A stretch of DNA of 61,255 nt, filler included, from Dugesia japonica (taxonomy: Eukaryota): NCBI GenBank assembly GCA_001938525.1. It is 5 parts of 5 records of this genome, joined end to end, with 100 filler letters (N's around TTAATTAATTAA, not from the genome) between each part and the next. Parts side by side here need not be neighbours in the genome. Positions count along the whole stretch, not along the records: positions 49,690 to 61,255 come from MQRL01376551.1; 4 more parts are not named here. One strand, 5' to 3'. The notes below the pieces were generated by a model. That model did no database searches and was not told the DNA's origin. It worked only from the letters and a program-made list of their open reading frames with translations. This document shows, piece by piece, positions 51,971 through 61,255 of this stretch (positions are counted from its first letter, which is position 1; the number at the start of each line of letters is the position of its first letter). The translations under genes were made by a program, and so were the position numbers.

Positions 51971-54379
51971 AGTGAATGAATAAGTAATGAATAAGTAAAC
52001 AAGCCACACTCTGTATACACTTAAAAAAAAGTTATTCGGAAGGAGGAATCTGAGAAAAAATATTAGCACAAATCGCAGAACACAGTAGAAAGACTAAAGG
52101 AGATCCTGCAAAAATACTATCAAAACATAGATCTTCTCTAGCCCTACTTTACCTTACCCAAACATTCCTAACATTGAAAGAGATTTCAATCCCTGTATTT
52201 ATAAAGCGAACCTTGTACCAATAGCATTTCCATTTGGCCTTCATGATATCAGCTGCCCCTACTTTACTATTTCTAACTCAAGATGCAGGAGCATCTTTTC
52301 TTAAAGAAGAACATTTGTTGGGAAACATTACATGCAAAATATCACACGCAAACATAACATTCAAAAAACAAATGAACACATACACATACACAAACAAACA
52401 TAAACAGCGAAGCTCATCACTAAATGCCCCAGAACAATCCAGTTAATCAATAATCTGATTCAATCATTTTATCCCCGAACAATCTAGTCAATAATTCAGC
52501 ATCTGACAATTTACTAAATATGATTTGATATAACTTTCAAATTATTTTGTTTATTTAGCAATTCTGATTTGACAATTTTATCTATGTGGAAAGCATGTGT
52601 ATATAGATATAATCATAATTTTATTCTATTTTTATTAAGGACATAGATATTATAATTATAATATCTTAGTAATTATTTATATTTTTGATTTCTTTAATAA
52701 AAGACTTATCCAAAAAGTCAATCAATTTTGATTTCTAAATAAATATTCTCATAGAAGAAAATTAAATAAACAATTGAATCAATTTTGATTTTTACTAAAG
52801 AAGTCAGAGAAAAATCAAATAAATATAATGGTATTTGTTTTAAAGAAAGAAATTAAATATATATACTGTAAATTTATTTATTTTCCGGAAAATTTTTATG
52901 TAATTTTATTTATTTTTTAGAAAAAATTAATGGAATTTTATTTATTTTACTGATATGTATGTACGTGTAATTTTGGTATAATTAGAGAGTGATTTTTCAT
53001 TCAAATCACCCACTTTTTAAATTATATCTCAAGTGAAGTTGAGGTTTACAGAGCCAACACTTCCGGAATTAAAATAATAACGTGTAATTTCTAATTTTAA
53101 CATGTACAACTTTGATTTGCTAATATAATTTTAAAAGTAAATTTTTCATTATTTGAATAGCTGACTATATGGCGTATTTATATTCATATTTTTCATATAT
53201 ATTAACGATATTAAGGTTAAATAAGAAAGAACATATAAGTATAATATATCTAATTCGGATTGTTTAAGGATTTATCAAAAGAGACTATTAAACTCACATA
53301 ATTGCTGATTTACATTTACAACAATCACCAAAGCATCTGAACAATATTATTTTATTATCATTAAAAGTATTATATTTTTTATTTTCATAATGTATATCAA
53401 AATATTTATTTCTATTATTATTTTCAATATTTAATCTACCAAACGAAATTTACTTGGCATTATTAGTATCACTATTATTATTATTTTATTCTTCTTATTA
53501 TTGTAGTATGATTCATTTTTGATTTGTTAAAACGATAAATAAATTTTATCTCTTTATTTTAGTCCATTTTGTTTAACAAAATTAATAAATATTATGAATA
53601 GTTATAGTAATAATAAATAATATGCTTTTATATATATAATTTTTAATAATAGCAATAAAATCAATAATATTATCCATAAACCAGAACATTTAAAATAGTT
53701 ATGATAATGTAATAATACATTTTTTAATATACATTACGAATAATTATTTCTTGTTATTAATAACTAAATGTTCTATTAACCTTTTAAATTCTTATTGTAA
53801 ATAATATATTACGTTCTTGAAATTATTTATTTTTCTTGCAGTGTTCCAAAACCAATTGTGAACAAATAAAAAAACATAACGATAATATAAATAATAATAA
53901 ATGGCAGCATTCAGTAATGGTTAATACATACTAATGGTTAAACATACTAATCTGCATTATTCAATCTAAAGTATACTAAGTAGAAATAATAAAGTATAGT
54001 TGGGTTGATAAGGCAATATCATCGTCATGTGACGATAATGATAATCAACAACTTATATTAAAAATTATTTTAGTATTGGCAGGTTGGTTGATTTACCATC
54101 ATCAATTCGCTATAAACAAAATGATAATGGTGAACAGCAATCTGCTAAAAATATGAAACGAAAAATTATTCAAGAAAAGGATAGTAATGGACGCTATGAA
54201 AAATGGAGAAGAGTAACAACAGTTGGTGAAAATTATTTACGTAAATCAGATTTTAAAGTTGCTTATGTCAGTCTGCAATTCAAGGCTGAGAATCTCAAAA
54301 TGAAATCATTGCACATTTAGGAAAATGTGAAATATCGGGTGGAAGAAGACGCCAAGAAATTTAAAAACTACAAAGAACA

Positions 54380-55660
54380 GTTTTGAATACATGCAGAATT
54401 GGGGAAAAATGATGATGATGAAGAGGAAATTAAGGAATAGTCGTGGTATTACAAAGCAGTAGAATATTCGGAGGATTTCTTGACAAAAGTAACAGCCAAT
54501 GTAAATTGAGAAATTGTGACCTTTTCTGAGCTCAGTAGTGACTGGAAGATTATAAGAATATTGGAGCTCAGGTTTATTTTAGTCAAATTCTTACCGGTAA
54601 TTTACTTATCCGATCCATCATTTATTCGGAGTTCGGAATCGTTACAACAAAGCAAGGCCATAGTGAATGTCAAGAAATTATGACAATAAAGGCTTTATTT
54701 ATAGTATCTTGGCGGTACTTAAATATAATATAGTCAAGGATCATTGTAATCGTCCGCAAAAATATGATGGCTTTTTAAATGAATTTGTGTACGATGAGGA
54801 GAAGAAATGCCGATGAAGCTCATAAATATCTCGGAATTTGAGCGGAAAAACGAATTATCAATAACTGTTTTCAAATATTAAGAAGTACTTGATGTAGAAG
54901 AAGACAGTAAAATCGTATACAAAAATCCACATGTTGATGTGATTTTTCAAACAAAAAAACCCACATGGCTTATCATTACGGGTGTGGCAAATTTGGATAG
55001 ATTATTAAATTTAAATGACCTGGCTATAAAATGTCAAATTAAAAGAAAATAGTGTCCAAAATGTCTGTATGGATTCAAGACATAGACTACATTCAATAGA
55101 CATGTAGCTCTATGCAGCCACATTTCAGAAAAGACTGCACTGTACACAATGCTAGACGAAAATGAGTTGAAATTCAAGGATTTCGGAAAAGCCATGATTC
55201 CAGGATTTGTAATATATGCAGATATTGAAGCTGTCCTGGTCCAACAGATGATGGTCAAGTGAAGCATGTGCCAATAGTTGTAGGGCTAATATTAATTTCA
55301 TTACTGGACGAAGCAAGGAATTGTGAGTATTATTCATTTTCTGGAAAAAATTGTATGGTGGAATTTTTGGGTTGTATTGATAAATTATCAGAAGATGTAG
55401 TTACACCGTAATATAAGAAAAATATGTGTGCAGATTTGAAAATAACAATAGGCAAACAGAATTCATTTATGAAATGCACACATTGCTACTTATGTGGAGA
55501 CAAAAGCAAGAAACTTGTTCGAGATCACGATCATTTCTCAGAAAACTATATTGGAGCTGCATGCAATCAATGCAATTTATCCAAGAAGATCAGAATGGAA
55601 TTGCCTGTTGTATTTCATAACTTTGAGGGTTATGATTCACATCATATAATCAAAAGCATC
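54380..55660 (+). pseudogene. Protein-primed DNA polymerase B (Polinton/Maverick-type), N-terminal/exonuclease part with endonuclease VII-like Zn insert
   Basis: SDWKIIRI, KAIVNVK, FIYSILAVL, CPKCL..F...H...C, FVIYADIEAVL (Exo I), CYLC..VRDHDH...YIGAACNQCNL, VVFHNFEGYDSHHII (Exo II). Confidence 0.9.
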
Positions 55661-56977
55661 CCACAATCACTTTGTCTACGTCGGGGAGATGATCCAGTGC
55701 TGGCACATCCATCTACTAACTATATTTCTGGAATGTATGATTTTACAAATATGAATAAAACTATCAGACATTATAACAAGTTGCGACTTTTGTCAAAAAC
55801 ATAAAACATTTGTATGATAACAATGAGCTCAGAATACATACAATTCCTAAAATCATAGACAAGATGCCTAAAAAATGCTGGACGATTGAATCAGAAAAGT
55901 TGAAGTTGATAGTGATGACCTTTAAATAGCTGACAGGCAATAAAGTGATTACATGAAAGCTGGTGGTGGCCGATGTCTTATTTTCTAATTTTGTGCATAT
56001 GATATTATAAGCTGGTCTCTTTTGGATTGTAGTATGTAAATTATGTGTAAATTATATTATATTATTATATTATTAGTTTATTTTAATAATTAGTTATTTA
56101 GTCTATAAATGTTTAATGATTTTATTATAATCCTGTTTAAAATTTTAGTTAATTACTGTCTTAAATGTCCTAAAATGTTAGTAATCAACTGAATTTATAG
56201 ATGCTTGGTGTCTATCAATGTATAACTTTGAAGTGTTATTTGTTGAAATTCGTATGTCAGCCGAAATTTATATTAATCGTAAAACTGCTTTATGATTTTG
56301 GAAATTTGAACATTTTTCTATAAAACTGTTTATATAATGTTCAGTAATGATCACTAAAAGCTTTCCTGATTATACATTAGACAAATTTATGTTTAATCAT
56401 TGAATTTCATCATAATCTATAACCAGTTCATTATCCACTTCATCTAGCTTTGACATTAATCCAGTAATTGCATCAAAACTAATATCAATGTTTTTGTATG
56501 AATCGTTTAATTAAATCTAAATAAATGTTGGAACTTTAATTAATTTCCTCTTAGATTCAAATATTTATTTAAAATGATTGAACTTAATTTATTATTTTTT
56601 TACATAACCTGTCCTGAGTGAGATTGTCAGTCTTTTATAAATTTCATGTACTGTAGTTAGCATATCCCAAACATTCTTGAAGGCTTTCAAACATTTCAAA
56701 TTCTCTTTATTTAGTTTGTTCTTAACTCATCATTACGCTAAATAATATTAATTAATATAACATCAAAATAATAAATTTACAATTCATTTCATTTACAATT
56801 TGGACATTTTAAATCATTTTTTATTTAAACAATGTTTAAATACTTAAAATTTAGGAATCAACAAATCCAACATATCAAGCTTTAAATTCTCGCAAGATTT
56901 ATATTGATACCATAGATAACTGTCCAAAAAAAGTTCTTTCATATTTTGTTGAATTAAAAGTTCTATATTAGATCTAG

Positions 56978-57150
56978 ATGCTGGAACCTACGTCAACAGA
57001 TTTAGTTTGTATAACGGACACATCTGTCGTGGTGTATGTCGTCAATAAATATTGTTCAGTCATATATACTGTTCCTGAAACGTTTAATACAGCTCCTTTG
57101 GGATTTTTGACTCCAAAAGATGCACCTTTCAAAGAAAAAATTGATCAAAT
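56978..57150 (+). CDS. Exon of an ionotropic glutamate receptor/IR-family gene (S2 ligand-binding lobe)
   Basis: AG|..DLVCITDTSVVVYVVNKYCSVIYTVPETFNTAPLGFLTPKDAPFKEKIDQ|GTAAG; pattern and phase-2 junction fit the iGluR S2 C-terminal part. Confidence 0.7.
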
Positions 57151-58379
57151 GTAAGCATACTTTTTTTTTAAATTATTTTTTCCATAATTAAAATACTTCC
57201 TATCAAAAAATTAAAAAACCAAGAACATTTGTATTTTTTAAATATATGCGAGATAAAATATTTATCTAAATTAAAATTGAATATATTAAATCCTTTTTTT
57301 ATGTGATGGGGTAAGTATTATGAAAAAAATTATTTTATTTTTCAAATAAAGTTTATAAAATTTAAATACGTTAAAATTTTGATAGAAAACCTATTTTTTA
57401 ATTTTGTTATTGAAAACAATGTTCACTTGATATTAATCATGATTCTCGTAAGAGTAGTAAGTAGATTTCTGTAAACTATATGTATGTTATATTTCATGTA
57501 ATATACATTCCTTTAAATTTAATTTTTAACTGATTCATTGGAAATAAACTGCTTTTATTAAACTAATGATACTCAACCGAGAGTCCTAGATACCGGTGTG
57601 TGTTGTGAAAGATTTATGAAAAGCCTAATTTAGTATTGATATTTACTGAAATTAAACTTCTTTTAAGTACTAAATACAGTTTTAGTGCAAACATATTTTT
57701 ATTTTTGCGATGTTATTAATTTAATTTGCATTTTTTTAGTAGCTATTCTTTTATAACATGAGCAAACAGGTTAAATAATTCAATTTTCAAAATAAATATG
57801 CTTGAATGTGAAATCCAAACTACGATTTGTATTTTTTTTCATCGTCACAAGTACGTAAGCATTAAGTCAATCCTCAAGCAGAGAAATGTTTTTTTAAAAA
57901 GTGGTTCAGCATGCACCAATGAAAAACTTTTTACACACTTAACTTTGGTTAGGTATAAACAAATCAGATTGTAGGAATATGTGTAAGTGCTTCATTATAC
58001 ACCAATAATATTACAAGAAAATTTATGGATACTGAGGTGTTTATTTAATCAGGTCGATTGTTTCTTACCATTTACAATGAATTTTTTCATTAAATCTTCT
58101 TAATCTCTGGTTTATTTAAGAGTCTTATGCTAGTTTTCAGGTTGAGTGGCAATAGTACTCTTGTCCCCTATACACGATGCAATAACTATAAGTAATAAAT
58201 GAAGATTTTTCTGATATGACTTGAGCCTTGTGTCCATTTTTCCATCTTCTCTATTTATTCCTTTAACAGATTCTAGCCGCCTCCCAAAGATTAATAATTT
58301 TGGAGGGGATTTTCTGGCTTGAAGGGCCTTGTGTTTTTCTTGGCGTAGTGTGTAGTACCTAGTATATGAAAAGTCGTGC

Positions 58380-58700
58380 ACTAGTACAGTCTCCCTCCCT
58401 CGCAGACTGCCTTAGAAAATTTGGTGATTTCACTGTGTTAGTATTCTAGAATTTTGATTGGTCAACATTTTGGTAAGAAAGAATTTTTGATTTTGGTTCG
58501 AAATGCTTGAGAAATTGCTTGGTCTAAATTTCAAATTTTGGTTTGTAATTTCTTCGGCTCAAAATGATAGTATGGTTGCGAATTTGGTACTAATCGTCTT
58601 AAAATTAAAAACTGCATATTTTTTGTATAAGGTTTGCTTGAAAAAGGGTGTTGTGTATGGGCACAGTCAAACATTTTGTTATAAGGTACTCAACCTATAG
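58380..58700 (-). mobile_element. Terminal-motif repeat, copy 3; Helitron-like 3' end
   Basis: Minus strand ends CAGTCT-GCGAGGGAGGG-AGACTG (hairpin) TACTAG|T; upstream GACGATTAGTACCAAATT is similar to copy 2. Confidence 0.55.
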
Positions 58701-59174
58701 CGATCGTTTGAAATTAAAAATTGTCTATAATAGTTTAATAAATTACTACTGAAAATGTATGGTTCTCAAAATAATAGGAGTAAAATCGTCCATCAATTCA
58801 TTTTCGACTTGTAAATATATTTCTGTCACCTTTTTTACATCCTGAATGAGGCTCTTTTTGAATGTCTAAACCACAGATTTCTTTAGCTAAGCTTGTAGTT
58901 TATACCACTGAACATTGTATTTCTTCGGGACTTTACATTTTTGATAAGATTTTGCGTTTTCCAGATCACTTATTTCCATTACTTTAAATGTAGGAATCAT
59001 TAAACTGTTAAGTTCTAGTGTCAAATGGTGCCCAATTAATATTTTGTTTTGAACCATTATTTAGATGGATTTTATTTTCTCATACTTATTTTCTTGGTTT
59101 TTAGCTATCTTCTTTGTTATGACATGAAAATTGATACCAAAATCTCTAATTTTATCCTAAGGAGTTAATCTTTT

Positions 59175-59305
59175 GTTCATAATTAGAGGAGTCTTTGTGA
59201 TATTATCATGATAAAATATTCTAATAAAAAGTTCAAAGAGAGGAGTTTTTGTGATATTATCATGATCAAATATATAAAATATAACCAAAGAAGGAGTCCT
59301 TTATA
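59175..59305 (+). repeat. ~54-bp tandem duplication
   Basis: AGAGGAGT(C/T)TTTGTGATATTATCATGAT twice, plus a partial third copy. Confidence 0.7.
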
Positions 59306-60664
59306 ATTTAGGATTCTCATCGATAATAGTGATTTTCTTTTATCTTATGTTGAATGCGTACACTTGCAATCTACAAAATCGATTTAAAAATGAGTCATCT
59401 TTCACCGACTTTTAGTTTTCATTCAAGGGTTTTCGCTACTCTATCAGGATGTGAGTGCACTGATCTTCAATTTATGACCTGAGAATCTATGACGTTTCGG
59501 ATAATAATAATCCCTTCTCGTTTCTGTTATTTACTAACAGTATTGGAGTTTTCGAAATATGTAGTTCATATTCTTCTTGATTATTCAATTTAATTATCTC
59601 TTCTAGTTTAAAAGTCCTTCCACCGACTATTTACGTCCATAATTTCATTTTTTGTTCGTTTACGTGAAAGCATTTTGGGATTTGTAAGTTTTGGTCTATG
59701 TACTAATAAAAAATCTTCTACATCATGTTTTTTAATAAGCCTTCTGCTTCTGCATAAAATTGTTAAAGTCTATTTATGTTCTCCATGCTAAAATTGATTA
59801 ATTATTAAAAGACAATATATAAGACAATAAAATATATCTTAATTAATTTATTATTGTTTATATTAACCTTATTTTAATATTAAATTTTTATGGATATTTG
59901 TGATTTTATTATTTAATAATTGTGCTATTTATTCTTACAATTTTTTTATTTCCTTCCTCAAAATTTTGCTGAGCGAACAAACAAATCTCGATGTAACCCA
60001 CCTCATAAAAGATTTTCAAAAAGGGCATTTTTAATACTCACAATTAATACTGAATATAATTTTATGAGCGCAATATTTGAATTGTCAATTAAGAGTTCAA
60101 TGATAATTATCCAAAGTGTAATAAATGTTACTCAAAAATAAATAGAATAAAATAAAAGTCATACTAATGTTATCCATGATGTTATTAATAATGTTATTAA
60201 ATTTAGTCATCATGAGCTGTTTATAGTTAGAAATAAGTTTTATACACAGAATTAGAATGAGTAATGGAGTTCCAATTATTATCACAAATGGAACAAATAA
60301 TTGTTTAAATACCGAATTCTCTTTTTGTGGATTCGTGTTGCTTGCGTTATCATATTAATTCAATACGTACTATCAATTAATTTAGATTCATTTCTAAAGT
60401 ATAAAAAGTTATCATAAATATATGGGGTAGTAATTAATTTTATTATTGGTACATATTGGTTTTCGACCAGATATAATTGCCAATGCTTACTTACTCGATT
60501 CCATCTATAATATTTTATATAATATAAAGTAAATTTCTCCTGCGATTAGACATTTAAATTCAAATTCCATTTGTTAGTCATTTAATATTGTTCTATTACT
60601 TTTATTATTTACATTACAAATTAGATAAATTGTAGCGCATTACACTAAACCTCTACCCCAGGAT

Positions 60665-61255
60665 TCGTGATGTCATAATTTAATCCATGTGTTTTAAGGT
60701 AGGACATTTTATGATATCTACTGTATTTGACATCCTTATTTTTAATTTTCCACACTTGGGATCTTCATGTGACATTAGACATTGTGCGTATGTATCACAT
60801 TTACTTCTTGACAACATTTCGGCATTAGTATGAAACGATATTTTTCTATATTCCAATTTTATATCTAAACTGCTCAAATAATTAATCCAGGTTTGAAATT
60901 GTGATGTGATCGGTTTCTTGGTATTTAGCATAAAAGTAATAGTCTTATGGTCTGTTCTAAGGATAAATCACATACCATATAAATAACGTTTGAAATGAAA
61001 ACAAAAGTAGTAAACTACGAGTAATTCTTTCCGCGTATTACTATATTCTTTCTTCTGACTAGTCATTGTGTGTGATTCATATGCAATTACTCTTTATTGT
61101 CCGTTGTTGTAGTACTGCCCTAATTGTATCAAAACTCGCATCTGTGTCCAAAATAAATCTTCTATTTATAAATGGAAAACAAAATATTGGAGACATCATT
61201 AGTGTTTCTTTCATTCCATTAAAAACTTCTTCTAACTCATTCGTCCATTCAATTT
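60665..61255 (-). mobile_element. Gypsy/Ty3 RNase H region, same family as 33950-36570
   Basis: FILDTDASF, RVIAYESH, TRKELL, FKRYLYG..LRTDHK, HTNAEMLSR followed by the shared C..C..C.MSHED motif. Confidence 0.9.

Noticed and set aside
59490-59525. Hammerhead-like GAGAAGGGAT..ATCCGAAACGTC on the minus strand
   Set aside because: The CUGA core is missing and the context looks like decayed coding sequence.
59950-60350. Possible transmembrane-coding exons on the minus strand
   Set aside because: I could not assemble a consistent spliced frame or recognise a family.

Overview
Very AT-rich eukaryotic (animal) DNA, dominated by decayed mobile elements. It is not one contiguous locus: four identical 100-nt artificial spacers (44N-TTAATTAATTAA-44N) split it into five segments (1-10165, 10266-22140, 22241-32939, 33040-49589, 49690-61255). 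Host genes are spliced, often with tiny (42-50 nt) introns: a Ser/Thr kinase (-), six in-frame exons of a fibronectin type III repeat protein (-), and one ionotropic glutamate receptor-type exon (+). Transposon relics include mariner, Tc1-like, several hATs, Chapaev3-like, Harbinger and foldback MITEs, Gypsy pol, and Penelope-like GIY-YIG ends carrying minimal hammerhead-ribozyme cores. The most notable component is a Polinton/Maverick-like family. It has three decayed protein-primed DNA polymerase B copies, one apparently fed by spliced 5' exons and flanked by possible diverged inverted ends. It also has two copies of a small basic Polinton-type protein and, nearby, an intronless RNF10/Mag2-like RING pseudogene and a long orphan ORF. 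All calls come from manual reading and motif recognition; no database searches were run, and boundaries of decayed elements are approximate.
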